A DNA stretch of 63,145 bases, counting the filler, from Octopus bimaculoides (Eukaryota): NCBI RefSeq assembly GCF_001194135.2. It is 5 parts of 5 records of this genome, joined end to end, with 100 filler letters (N's around TTAATTAATTAA, not from the genome) between each part and the next. Parts side by side here need not be neighbours in the genome. Positions count along the whole stretch, not along the records: positions 1 to 25,221 come from NC_068990.1; 4 more parts are not named here. One strand, written 5' to 3'. Of the stretch, positions 1 through 12,452 are shown piece by piece (positions within the stretch are counted from its first letter, which is position 1; every line of letters starts with the position of its first letter). The notes beneath the pieces are model-generated. The model was not told the DNA's origin. It saw only the letters and a program-made list of their open reading frames with translations, and made no database searches. The translations under genes and the position numbers were made by a program.

Positions 1-838
1 ATGGAAAACTAAATGCAGTACCCATTAAATACACTGGATCTGGAGGGACTGCAATCCCAGAAGCAGAGACAGTGCCAGACCTGGGCATTTACATGAGTAA
101 TAATGCATCCTTTCATGTTCATGTTGCTAAATTGTCAATGAAATGCAGGCGACTGACCAGATGGATTCTTAGGACTTTTAGAACAAGAGATCAAGAAACC
201 ATGATGGTGCTCTGGAGGACACTTGTTCTAAGCCACTTTGACTATTGCTCTCAGCTATGGTCACCAACCAGTGTCAAATTAATCTCAGAACTTGAGGCAA
301 TCCAACGAAGCTACACGAAGAAGATAGCCTCTATGCAGCATATAAGCTATCGGGAAAGACTCAAGAGATTAAGACTCTATTCCTTAGCGTAGACGAGAAA
401 GATATGCCATAATATACATCTGGAAGATCCTCGAAGGATTTGTCCCAAATTTTGGTATCGAAAGTTACACAAATAAAAGAACTGGACGCCATTGCATAGT
501 GCCAAGGACTCCAAATTTGCCATCAAGATGTAGGACAAGATACTGCAATAGCCTGGGCTTCAGAGGTCCACAGCTCTTCAACATTCTCCCAAAGGACCTG
601 AGAGACCTGCATGCGGTGGATGTAGGTGCCTTCAAGATGAGACTGGACCTCTTCCTGTCAGGTGTCCCAGATGAACCAACTTCACGGCAGGAGGTGCAGA
701 TGAGAGCAGCTGCATCAAACTCTCTCATGCACCAAATTTCAATTCCTGAAGTAAAATTGTGTAGCAACACCAAATGGCGGTGCCCCAGCATGGCCACAGC
801 TCATGAGCTGAAACTAAATAAAATGAAAAATGAAATGA
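1..838 (+). mobile_element. LINE (CR1/L2 group) 3' fragment: RT C-terminus, 3' UTR and ATGAA-like tail
   Basis: ORF 72-392 reads LVLSHFDYCSQLWSP...LEAIQRSYTKKI...YRERLKRLRLYSL, typical of CR1/L2-type RT C-termini. Homologous to 58714-61255 (-). Confidence 0.85.
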
Positions 839-882
839 ATACACATACACACTAATTATATATTATTTATATTATTATTTAA

Positions 883-1486
883 TTGAACACCACGCATCCA
901 TTTCCAAGTAAGTTTATCTTAACCTTTTTGATGCGATTCTATACTGTTTTCTCCCCCATCCTCCTCTATTCCCTCTTTCTCCCTTTCACCGTCTTCTATC
1001 TGTCTCTCTCTTTCTCTCCCTCTTTCTTTTTCTCTCTCTCATTGCTCACACATGACCATCATCCATCTTTCTTTTCCTGCATGGACTTTCTAAGGACTGG
1101 ACATCTGTCTCTCTTTTCTATCTTTTCTCTTTCCAAAGAAAATATTTCTCTCAGTGTTCACTATTTCCCCCCTCGTTCTAGTGTAATGACCCTCCATGTC
1201 TGTTTTAATTTGGTTTCCTTATGTGTCTCCACTGTTCTGTTTTTGTCCCCAGCTTGACCCTCCATAAATCCAAAATTTATGGGAGCAACTGTCTTCGAAG
1301 ACTCATATTGTTGTTGATTGCTCAAAATGAGGAGAAGATAGACAGCCAACAACTGATGAAGGGTTGTTCTTTGTATTCTTTGCATTACTTGTCCTGTTTT
1401 CCATTGTTTTCTCTCATTTACATATTTAACTCATTTGTTTTCATATTTCATGTTCTTTACTGTCGGTGACGTCCTGTACCTATATA

Positions 1487-1490
<4 letters not shown>
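883..1490 (+). mobile_element. Non-autonomous repeat 'family X' (TC-rich body, structured RNA motif, ends GTCCTGTACC.ATATATG next to (TA)n)
   Basis: Clear similarity to 21200-21640(-) and 27860-28540(+), and more distantly to 57835-58190(-). Confidence 0.75.
1288..1364 (+). ncRNA. Candidate permuted hammerhead motif (core G12 mutated to A)
   Basis: CTCAT-A-TTGTTG...GCTC-AAAATGAG...CAACAA-CTGATGA-A-GGGT. Confidence 0.45.
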
Positions 1491-1532
<42 letters not shown>

Positions 1533-1613
1533 NNNNNNNNNNNNNNNNNNNNNNNNNNNNNNNNNNNNNNNNNNNNNNNNNNNNNNNNNNNNNNNNNNNN
1601 NNNNNNNNNNNNN

Positions 1614-1650
<37 letters not shown>
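1488..1650. repeat. (TA)n microsatellite spanning a gap
   Basis: Direct reading. Confidence 0.95.
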
Positions 1651-1653
<3 letters not shown>

Positions 1654-1699
1654 AACACATACATATGTGGGCATGTGTGTGTACATAATTTACATATAT

Positions 1700-1870
1700 C
1701 ATCATCATGATTTAACATCCATTTTCCATGCTACCAATGAGTTGGAGAGTTTAACAGAAAGAGTCAAGTCAGAAAACTACTCCAAGCTCAGCTGTTTCGG
1801 CATGGTTTTTATGGTTGGATACCATTCCTAACACCAACTCCTTTACTGTGTACCGGGTGCTTTTTACATG
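1700..1870 (-). mobile_element. Degenerate RTE-tail/SINE remnant
   Basis: catcatcatgatttaacatccattttccatgct resembles the RTE 3' end at 7403-7460. Confidence 0.4.
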
Positions 1871-2419
1871 GCACCAGCAACAGTAAGGTTACCAAGTAAC
1901 TTGCAGAGCAAGACCCTCTCAACTAGACGTGGAGTAGTATTAAGGGATAGAAAGGTGTCTTATGGAGGAGAGAGAGGAGAGAAAGATGAAGATGTGACAG
2001 AGATGGGGCAAAGCCATACACCCAAGTTACAAGGTGGTGTATATAGTGGAATGGACCAAAGATTGGAGAGGGTGAGTAGGTGGATGAGTTTACAAGATTT
2101 AAAAAAGAGAATGGGAGCTAAAGGAAAAGAAAAAGGATTGAACAGGGGCTGAAGAACACATGAGAGAGAGTGGAGAGAAGTAAGGGAGAAAACATTAGTG
2201 GTGAGAATGGTTGGGTTGTATGAGAGAGAGGGGATCGTGGACATGGATTTTACTTTAATGAGTGGGTTTTCTGAAGTCTGGCAGTTCACCAGTTGTCTCA
2301 GTCATTCGTCATCTCTGTGAAGCTCAACACCTGAAGATCATTTGTCACCACTTCATTCAGGTATTGTAAGTAAATATATTCTTGATATCATCAACTCCAA
2401 TTTCAGGAGGATACAGAGT

Positions 2420-3180
2420 TGACCCACAGGTATTATAGCACTGCAGTAATCAACTGGCTCTACAGCATCAAGAATAAATCAGCTTACAAACTCACCCAGT
2501 TTGATATGAATTTCTACCTTTCAATATTGAAATCCCTCCTCCTAAATACCTTAGACTTTGCTAGGCAGTTCATCAAATCATTGACCTTGATATCAGAATC
2601 ATCATGAATGTGAGAAAGTCAATCATGTTTTACAGTGAATGCCACTGGGTAAAAAAGGAAGGTGGCCCACTGTTCCACATACTTATGAGGAGCTTTGATG
2701 GGGCTGAGTTTGCTGACCTCACAAAGTTATTTATCCTGTACACTCTAAAGAAATACACACACCCTCATAGTTCAGTCCAGTGTAGAGATGATGGTCTGCT
2801 AATTTCAAACCATATTAATAGTCACACCATGAACCAGTTCAGGAAGGTCCTGATAAAGATCCTCAAACATTTACTACCAATTTAAATAGTCGACTTCCTG
2901 AGTGGAACCTAGAACTGGCAGCAGGCAAGAAAGTTCATCTTAAGTTCTAGAAAGCCCAATGAGGAAATTGTTTATACCCATGGACACTTCAATGACTCCG
3001 CAGCTGTAATTAGAAATCAAGTCATGGGTATAAGTAAAGAGTTGCTAATCTATTAGTAGACAGAGAGATTTTCAACATGGCTACTCCCTAGTATAAAGAG
3101 GAATTTGCAAGGAGTGGCTTTAAAAAGTTGTGGAGAGCCTCCACCCTTGAACAGAAAGAGAGTCAGAAAGAGAAGATAAT
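2420..3180 (+). mobile_element. Penelope-like element RT remnant (Naiad-like)
   Basis: Fragments SFDGAEFADLTKLFIL and CRDDGLLI (YRDDGL-type), with frameshifts. Same type as 31930-34720. Confidence 0.65.
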
Positions 3181-3334
3181 CTGCTGCTAATGTATTTGCC
3201 ACTGAATGATGACTAAGCTACTGACTTGTGCCAACATCTTACTTCACAATATGCAGCACCCACTATAAAAAAACTGATATTGCTGAATATAATATGCCAC
3301 CAACTGTTACCAAAGTGGTGCTAGCATACTACCA

Positions 3335-4661
3335 AGGGTCCAGATGGACAATATGTAATCTGAACCTTTCCCCCCTTATTTATTTATTTTTTTTATGGAA
3401 TTCCACGTTTTAGACTATGGAGATTCTGATTCTGAAAATTTTTTTTCGAAATTCTCAAATTCAAAATTTCGATTCCCCCACCATTTCCTTATTTTTAAAT
3501 ATTTTCCGGAACTTTTTTTTTTTTTTTTATAAATGCATAAAAAAAATACGATTATGATTCTGAAAANNNNNNNNNNNNNNNNNNNNNNNNNNNNNNNNNN
3601 NNNNNNNNNNNNNNNNNNNNNNNNNNNNNNNNNNNNNNNNNNNNNNNNNNNNNNNNNNNNNNNNNNNNNNNNNNNNNNNNNNNNNNNNNNNNNNNNNNNN
3701 NNNNNNNNNNNNNNNNNNNNNNNNNNNNNNNNNNNNNNNNNNNNNNNNNNNNNNNNNNNNNNNNNNNNNNNNNNNNNNNNNNNNNNNNNNNNNNNNNNNN
3801 NNNNNNNNNNNNNNNNNNNNNNNNNNNNNNNNNNNNNNNNNNNNNNNNNNNNNNNNNNNNNNNNNNNNNNNNNNNNNNNNNNNNNNNNNNNNNNNNNNNN
3901 NNNNNNNNNNNNNNNNNNNNNNNNNNNNNNNNNNNNNNNNNNNNNNNNNNNNNNNNNNNNNNNNNNNNNNNNNNNNNNNNNNNNNNNNNNNNNNNNNNNN
4001 NNNNNNNNNNNNNNNNNNNNNNNNNNNNNNNNNNNNNNNNNNNNNNNNNNNNNNNNNNNNNNNNNNNNNNNNNNNNNNNNNNNNNNNNNNNNNNNNNNNN
4101 NNNNNNNNNNNNNNNNNNNNNNNNNNNNNNNNNNNNNNNNNNNNNNNNNNNNNNNNNNNNNNNNNNNNNNNNNNNNNNNNNNNNNNNNNNNNNNNNNNNN
4201 NNNNNNNNNNNNNNNNNNNNNNNNNNNNNNNNNNNNNNNNNNNNNNNNNNNNNNNNNNNNNNNNNNNNNNNNNNNNNNNNNNNNNNNNNNNNNNNNNNNN
4301 NNNNNNNNNNNNNNNNNNNNNNNNNNNNNNNNNNNNNNNNNNNNNNNNNNNNNNNNNNNNNNNNNNNNNNNNNNNNNNNNNNNNNNNNNNNNNNNNNNNN
4401 NNNNNNNNNNNNNNNNNNNNNNNNNNNNNNNNNNNNNNNNNNNNNNNNNNNNNNNNNNNNNNNNNNNNNNNNNNNNNNNNNNNNNNNNNNNNNNNNNNNN
4501 NNNNNNNNNNNNNNNNNNNNNNNNNNNNNNNNNNNNNNNNNTTTTTGAAAAAAAATTTTCAGAATCGGAATCTCCATAGCCTAAAACGTGGAATTCCATA
4601 AAAAAAAAAGAAAAAAAGAAGGGGGGAAAGGTTCAGATTACATATTGTCTATCTGGACCCT
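3335..4661. mobile_element. Long terminal-inverted-repeat element (MITE-like) spanning a gap
   Basis: AGGGTCCAGATGGACAATATGTAATCTGAACC... is mirrored by ...GGTTCAGATTACATATTGTCTATCTGGACCCT. The inverted similarity continues for over 100 bp up to the gap. Confidence 0.55.
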
Positions 4662-4706
4662 GCCAAGATCCTGTTTGAACATATAGACCTAAAGATAAAG
4701 AAAATA

Positions 4707-5967
4707 TCAGGTCATCCCATAAGTTCTGTCTGAATTTTGAATAAAGAAAACAAGTGATCAAATGTTATATTTAATTGAAATTTAATCATCAATGTACTTT
4801 CCCTGATTATCTATGACTTCCTTCCATCTATTTACAAGCTTTTTAACCCCATCAATGTAAAATACTTTGGGTTTCAAAGCAAAGAAGTCTGAAATGTCAG
4901 TTTCAACCTCCTCCTGACTTACGAAAGTTATGTCCCCAGATGATTCTGTAAACTACAAAACAAATGGTAGTCTGAAGGAGCAAGGTTGGGAGAATAAGGT
5001 GGATGAGGAATTTTTTCCCAACCAAGCTCTTCGATCTTCTGTGATGTGATCTTTGCAGTGTGGGGTCGTGCGGTGTCCTGATGAAACATCACTCCTTTTC
5101 GATTCACTAAAGCGGGTCTTTTTTTCTTCAAAGCTTGGTTCAAACGCTCTAATTGCTGACAGTAGATTTGAGCATTGATTGTTGCATTAGGTGGTAACAA
5201 TTCAAAGTGAATTACTCCTTTGCAATCCCACCAGATAGAGAGAAGAACCTTTGTCCCATGAAATTCCCTATCGGTTGTGGCTGAGCTTTTTCCCTTTTAC
5301 CAAGCCACTGTTTACGACATTTAACATTTCAATAGAAGATCCATTTTTCATCATAAGTCTATCCAAAAAGGGTGAAATGAGTTCACAAAAATGGAGAGAA
5401 GAGCAAATGTCAACTCGGGATTTGCAGTTGCTTTCGGGCAATTCATGAGGCAACCATTTTCCAAGTTGTTGAAAATGACGACGAACAGTTGTATGGCTTG
5501 AATTAAGCTTTATTGCCAATCCTTCAACTGATAATGCAGGATTTTCTTCAAGTAATGTCTCAAGGAGCTTATCATCAAACTCAACTGGGCATCCTGTTCG
5601 ATCTTTATCTTCAAGGCTGATATCCCCACTTCTGAATTTTGCAAACCATCTTCTGCAAGTTCTTTCATTCAAGCATTCTTTCCCATAAACTAAGTGTATG
5701 TTTTGAGTCGCTTCGGTTGCAGAGTTTCCTTTTTTGTACTCATAAAGCATTATGTGCCTCAAAGGCTCTTTGAACACTTCCATGTTAGAAAGGGTTTTAA
5801 TCAAAGAAATTTTAATTCTATTATTCTGTAAAATAATATTCAATTAGTTTAAATGTACACAAATGCATAAAAATAATTTTTAATTCCATTAGACATTCTA
5901 AAATACTATTAAATTTCATTCAATTTTAAAGAAGGTAAAATCGAACAGAACTTATGGGATGACCTGA
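4707..5967 (-). mobile_element. Full-length degenerate mariner transposon
   Basis: 23-bp TIR match (TCAGGTCATCCCATAAGTTCTGT), TA on both sides, length about 1.26 kb. Transposase motifs WLPHEL and HPPYSPNLAPSDYHLF; frameshifted. Confidence 0.95.
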
Positions 5968-6279
5968 TAGATGGTGTTGCTTTAATAGCATTAATGCCAC
6001 CAGAGCTGACCTTTTTTAGGCTGAAAAACCTGAAACCAATCTTGAATTTTTTCAAAATTTCCACTCTGCTTTCAAACATCTGAGGAAATGGATATAACCT
6101 ATCTACCCACAAAGCTTTAAGTGAAATCAAATCAAACTGTTATTAAATACCTGTAACTCCAATCAAATGTGTTGAGTACTATTTTCTTTTGTTTGATCAC
6201 TCATGTATTATATATATAGATACATATATTTATATAAATATGCATATCTATTTAAGTTTTAGAATATTTATTCATTTAA

Positions 6280-7395
6280 TCAAAATATGATCCTTGTTCA
6301 TTTATGCCCTTCATCCAACATTCCTCTAAGGTATATTCCATCTTCAAAGAATTTGTCATCTTTTACACTGATAAACTGTTTGGATGTTTCAATTACCTCT
6401 TCTTTATTTAAGAATGTTTTATTGCATGTAGCAAGCTCAAAGTGTTTAAATATGTGATGATAATCAGTAGGAGAGATATCAAGAGAATAAGGAGGATGTA
6501 CCAAAATTTCATAATTCAGGCTTTGCAACTTGTAGACCAAAGCTTGAGAAGTGTGAGGCCATGCATCATCATGAAGCATAACTGGGCCATCTCTATTCAG
6601 TAATCTGGGTTGTTTCTTTTTTAATTTTTCATGTATACAATCAATTTCCTGACATTAGGATGCTGTTACAGTTTTTCCTTGATGCAAAAATGAATAATGA
6701 ATAACCCCCTTTGTTGACTACCATACAGTGACCATCAAGTTTTTAGGGTACAATGGTGGTTTTGGGTAGTGTTTTGGTGACTCTCCTGCATCTAACCACT
6801 GTCCTGTCCTCCAGCTGTTATCAAAGAGAATCCTTTTCTCATCACACTTAGTGAGTCAATACAAAAATGGTTCTCTTTTCAACTGAGAAATCAACATGGA
6901 ACACATTGTAAGGTGTCTTTGCAAGTGTCAAGAAGTAGTTGCAGGAGATGTCTGGAGCTCTGATCCAATTTTTCAGGCTGTTGTTCTCAGATTTTGTTTA
7001 ACCAAAGCATTCAATTCATCATGCCAAATAACTGATTTTGGTCTCCCTCTTGGTTCATTTTTAAGGCTCTCATTTCCTAAATGAAATCTTTGGAACTATC
7101 TCTGAACAGTTCTAATGTTAACAGAATTATTACCAAAAGCCCGCTTGATGTTTTGTAGAGATTTGGTGGCAGAGTGACCCAACTTGTATTTGTACAAGAA
7201 AATCACTCTGTATTGTTCAGTTGTCAGCATTGTCATAAGAGCTGTGGGTAGCAATTTTGAATAATAGTATTGTCTAGAAAGAAAAAGAGTTAAGAGTAAA
7301 TGCAAGCATATACATAGAAACTCATTAAAAATCCATTTATAGATGCTTCATAAGAAACCCATTTAAAATACAACTTTTCATGTGAGACAACCTAA
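6280..7395 (-). mobile_element. Second, older mariner transposon
   Basis: HDDAWPH and HPPYSLDISPTDYH motifs, N-terminal HTH (FLYKYKLGHSAT), TTAGGTTG-type TIR plus TA at 7388-7397. Confidence 0.85.
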
Positions 7396-7402
7396 TATAT
7401 AT

Positions 7403-9812
7403 ATCATCATTATCATCATCATCATCATCGTTTAACGTCCGCTTTCCATGCTAGCATGGATTGGACGATTTGACTGAGGACTGGTGAACCAGATGGCTAC
7501 ACCAGGCTCCAATCTGATTTGGCAGAGTTTCTACAGCTGGATGCCCTTCCTAATGCCAACAACTTTGAGAGTGTAGTGGGTGCTTTTTACGNNNNNNNNN
7601 NCTCCAATCTGATTTGGCAGAGTTTCTACAGCTGGATGCCCTTCCTAATGCCAACAACTTTGAGAGTGTAGTGGGTGCTTTTTACGTGCCACTAGCACGA
7701 GGGCCAGTCAGGTGGTTCTGGCAACAACCACGCTCACACTCAAAAGGTGTTTTTACGTGCTACCTGCATGGGAGCCAGTCTGGCGGCACTGGCAACGAAT
7801 ACACTCGAATGTTGTTTTTCATGTGCCAGTAAGGCGACACTGGCTATGATTATGCTCAAATGGTGCTTTTCGCGTGTCACCAGCATGGGAGCCAATCCAT
7901 GGCCCTGGCAACGGTCATGCTCGAATGTGCTTTTAACATTCCACTGGCATGAGTGCCAATCAGGTGGTACTGTCATCGGCCACATCAGCGATTTTGGTTT
8001 GTTTACATTTGCCTCAATAGGTCTTCGCAAGCAAAGTCCACTGTCCAATGAATGAGGGCAACACATAAGTGGCCCGGTTACACCCCATGTTCAGATGTGC
8101 TTTTAACTCATTACCTCCCATAATTCTATTAACTGGAATTTTTTTATGAAACTTTGATTTCTAGCATAAAACAGCCTTAGAAACACGCTGGAATGATCAA
8201 AATAACATTTTAAATAGAAATAAGCGAGATATTGGGTGAAAAATTAGCAAACCTCATTTGAATATCAGAGAAATATACCTAGTAGATATAGCAAAAAGGT
8301 TAGATATGTGTAAATATTGACAGACAATTTATGAAATTTGTAATTTTTAAGTGATCTCATATGAGATCACTGGTAGGTAATGGGTTAACGTTCCACTGGT
8401 ACAAGTGCCAATCAGGCGGTACTGTCGTCAGCCACGTCAGCAATTTTGATTTTGATTTCACTTGCCTTAATAGATCTTCACAAGCAAGGTTTATTGTCCA
8501 ATGATTGAGGTGTGTTCATAAATGGGCTGGTTACACCCACTGGCATAGGCCATGGGCTCACTTGGCTTGTCAGGTCTTCTCAAGCACATCATATCTCCAA
8601 AGGTCCCGGTCACTAGTCATTGCCTCGGTAAGGCCCAATGTTCGAAGCTCGTGCTTCACCACCTCATCCCAGGTTTTCCTCTTCCACAGGTTCCTTCAAC
8701 TGCTAGGGTGTGACACTTTTCAACACAGCTGTCCTCATTCATTCGCAAAACATGACCATACCAGCACAGTCGTCTCTCTTGCACACCACATCTGATGCTT
8801 CTTATGTCCAACTTTTCTCTCAGAGCGCTTACACTCTGTCGTGTATGCACACTGACATTACACATCCAGCGGAGCATACTGACTTCATTCCTTGCAAGCT
8901 TACGCATGTCCTCAGCAGTCACAGCCCATGTTTCACTGCCATGTAGCATGGCAGTTCACACATATGCGTCATACAGTCTACCTTTTACTCTGAGCAAGAG
9001 GCCCTTTGTCACCAGCAGAGGTAGGAGCTCTCTGAACTTTGCCCAGAGAGCATCCACCTCTACTACTGACTTGGTCCCCTAGGTAATGGAAGCTATCAAC
9101 TACTTGTAGTTTTTCTCCAGGGAATGTGACAGAAGCTGTTCTCTGCACATTTTCAGTGTTTATAGCACCTGAGCATTTGCCACATACAAAAACTATCTTC
9201 CCAGTTAGCCTCCCTTTGATACTGCTGCACGTCTTATGTGTCCATAGTTTATACTAGGTACATCTTATGGAGTTTCTACCTACGCCTTTTCTACAGATCG
9301 AGCAGGGCCATCTACCTGAAGGGATTTGTGGTTTGTCTGCCTTCCTACTTATTAAGACTTTGGTTTTAGCTAGGTTGACTCTAAGGCCCTTCGATTTTAA
9401 TCCTTGCTTCCACACCTGAAACTTTTCCTCTAGTTCTGATAGTGACTCAGCAATTAGAGCAAGGTCATCAGCATAGAGGAGCTGCCAGGGGCATCCTGTC
9501 TTGAATTCCTGTTATTGCCTGGAGGACTATGATCATTACCTGATCCAACAACTTGATACCTCTGTAATTATTTTTATCTAAAACATCACCTTTACCTTTG
9601 TAGCAGTTGACTATGGTGCTGCTACACCAGTCATTGGGTATGACTCCTTCATGTATCATCTAGTTAGTTATACAGGTAATTAGGCTATAGGCATCACCGC
9701 CAGATATTTTGAGCATGTCTGCAGTGATTCCTGATGGGCCGGGGGCTTTTCCTGTCTTCATACCCTTAATTGCTTTATCTCCCAAGGTACTGTCAATTCG
9801 GATAGCTCTACC

Positions 9813-9815
<3 letters not shown>
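7403..9815 (-). mobile_element. 5'-truncated RTE-clade LINE with (ATG)n tail
   Basis: NYRGIKLLDQVM, LHGSETW and GRGKP motifs; 3' UTR shared with 35500-38368 and 39523-43080. Confidence 0.9.
8107..8384. mobile_element. piggyBac-type MITE in a TTAA site
   Basis: TTAA|CTCATTACCTCCC ... GGTAGGTAATGGG|TTAA, with internal 20-bp palindrome GTGATCTCATATGAGATCAC (8351-8370). Confidence 0.75.

Positions 9816-9816
<1 letters not shown>

Positions 9817-9872
<56 letters not shown>
9817..9872. repeat. (TA)n microsatellite
   Basis: Direct reading. Confidence 0.95.
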
Positions 9873-9873
<1 letters not shown>

Positions 9874-9993
9874 TTTTGTTTCCTTTTATTTACTGATTAA
9901 TTTTTCAAATTACAATTGCAGCATGGAAGGTGTTTATAAGCCATTTAAGAAACAAACAAAAATAGTTAGATTCACTTCAACATTTAAATTTAA

Positions 9994-10045
9994 TTTGCCA
10001 AAATACTTTCGTCGCTTTGAGACCGCAACCTGTTCACTGACAAAA
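9994..10045 (-). ncRNA. Candidate type I hammerhead ribozyme with G3:C8 core variant
   Basis: Minus strand reads TTTGTCA-GTGAACA-G-GTTGC-GGTCTCAAA-GCGAC-GAAAGTATTT-TGGCAAA. Helix I has 7 bp, helix II 5 bp, and the helix III segment AGUAUU is self-complementary. Confidence 0.6.
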
Positions 10046-10399
10046 TTCCGTGCTGTATCTGGGAAAGTAACAGTTCATTATATTTATGTACGCGCGCGTG
10101 TGTGTGTGTGTATGCATGTGTGCATGCCTATACGCATGTATGTATGTACATGAGTATTTAGGTGTCTGTGTGTGTGTGTAGATGTGTATGTACATGTGAA
10201 TGTATGTTTATGTACTGATATGTGTCTGTTCAAGTTGTATACATGACTGTTACTTTGTTAAAGGTTGTATATACACACATATACATACATATGCATATAC
10301 ATATATATAGACACACACACATATATGTATGTGTGTGTGCATTTGTCTCTTTCACCACTGTCTAACAGTGAATTGATACAACATCTTAGATACATATAT

Positions 10400-12230
10400 G
10401 CACATATATGTGGTGCCAATAATGCTAACAACTATAAAATATTCTATTTTCTCTCACAATTCCTACAACCCTTAATAGAGTTATCTGCAGATGTATGTGA
10501 TAGTACTGAAGACCTCCTTTGCAGGATCCGCGAATGCAACAACACATGTGACCCCAGTGACCACATCGTAGGTAGCATGGATGCGGTATCACTATATCCT
10601 TCCATTGATGTAGACTTTGCTTTCGAAAAATATATAGAGATAATTTGAGAGAGTAATGTGATATTTAAAACTGTGGACGTATATGAACTAGGCCTCTTCC
10701 TGACCCTGACTTATACCGATGAATATCTGTCACGCAATAATCTTGTATATGCCTGTCCCACCCATAACAAACGAGGTAGACCAACTACCATTACCTCAGC
10801 ATACAAAAAGACCTACTTGAACGCTGGCATGGCTGGACGAAGCCAGACCACCCACCTTCAGATGCACATGACATTAGAACTACTGTCACACATGCTATCG
10901 GTGTCAGCCTTAGAACTACTCTTAAAAACCATATTTTAAAGTTTAACAATAAACTGTATAAATAGATGAAAGGCGGTGCTATTGGAATAGGGCTCGCTGG
11001 TGATGTTGCTAACCTCTTCATGGTATGGTGGGACAGACATTTTAAACAGTGCCTAGCGACCAGTAACATCCACTTAGCTATGTACTCTCGATTACGTTGA
11101 TGACATTAACTTTGTTGTGAAATGTAATAGTAATACAGATATGGACACTCTACTAAATGAAGAACAGGTGATGACAGCTATACAACACATAGCTGACTCT
11201 ATCCATAGCAATATAAAGGTTACCGTAGACTACCCCCTCTAAATACCCCAGTAATAGATTATCTGTCCTAGATACTGAGCTGTGGATACAAATTACTATG
11301 ATTAACGGAACTGTTAAACCCTGTTTACTCCACTCACACTATTGTAAACCTATGGCTAATCCACTGGTAATCCGTAGTGACTCAGTAATGTCAAGCACTA
11401 CCAAGATCAACATCCTTGTGGCAGATTTAGAGTAATGAGGAATGTATCCCCACTATGCCAACCACAAGAAAGACAACAACACATCTAGCACTACATATTC
11501 TGAATGCAACGTTCCGGATACACACAGTACGATAGAATCAGAGTGTACAAAGGAGCGAAAACAAGATTCGAACGCATTCTAAGAGATGACGAAAACGGTA
11601 TATGCCCCCTATATCGCAACAAGTTCTGGAATAGGTTAGAGAGGGACACCAACAAAAGAAATAAAAACAATACTTGGTATGATAACAAGAAGTTTTACAG
11701 TGTAATGAACGAATTAAGTAAGGCATTCAAGAAAATCCTGCACACAATTGGCCTTAAGATAAAAGTTGTAGAAAAACAGGTAGGACTATTAAATCTGTAT
11801 TATGTAGATCATATCCATTTGATAGAATCACGTGTCAAAATAATTGTGCAGTATGTTCTACAAACCCACATGTGAACTGCAAAACCAAGTGCACTGTATA
11901 CCAGATTAAGTGCCAAGAAGGAGCTTGTGCGACTAACCCAGAGTCATACATTGGTGAGACTTGTAGGAGTATCAATGATAGGTTCAAAAAACACTGGACA
12001 ACTACATTGAAAAGAAACCAAACTCCATCTTCTATCAGCATGCTGTAGACTGCCACAAGGGCTCCTTAGGGAGACTTAAGTTAAACATCTTATCCACACA
12101 TCCCACTGATGCAATGCTGAGACAAGTCACTGAAACTGTCTGTATACAAGAATACAAACCCACTCTCAACCGTAAATCTGAATGGGGTAACATCCAGATT
12201 CCACTCGGGAGTACTCCTCTATAGCCACTC
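10400..12230 (+). mobile_element. Penelope-like element (RT + GIY-YIG), degenerate
   Basis: GSMDAVSLYPSI, KGGAIG, frameshifted YVDDIN, YCKPMAN, YIGETCRSINDRFKKH and KPTLNRKSEWG motifs. Confidence 0.9.
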
Positions 12231-12414
12231 CTCTCTCTCATTTACATGTGGAAATCCATACATACATGTTGAGATGCATGATACTAAAATACATATATGT
12301 AGTTATATATAATCGTATGAGAGTACATAGTTTGATTACTATGTACGTATGTGTAGATGTATGTGTGTGTGTATATGTTGTGTTGTGTTAGCATGTTAGT
12401 GTATGAGTATGTAC

Positions 12415-12450
<36 letters not shown>
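12415..12450. repeat. (ATCT)n microsatellite at the 5' junction of a Tx1-like element
   Basis: Direct reading. Confidence 0.95.

Positions 12451-12452
<2 letters not shown>

Noticed and set aside
3415-4599. Long ORFs of X residues (also 38748-39290, 49056-49850, 51616-52291)
   Set aside because: Artefacts of translating N runs and (TA)n.
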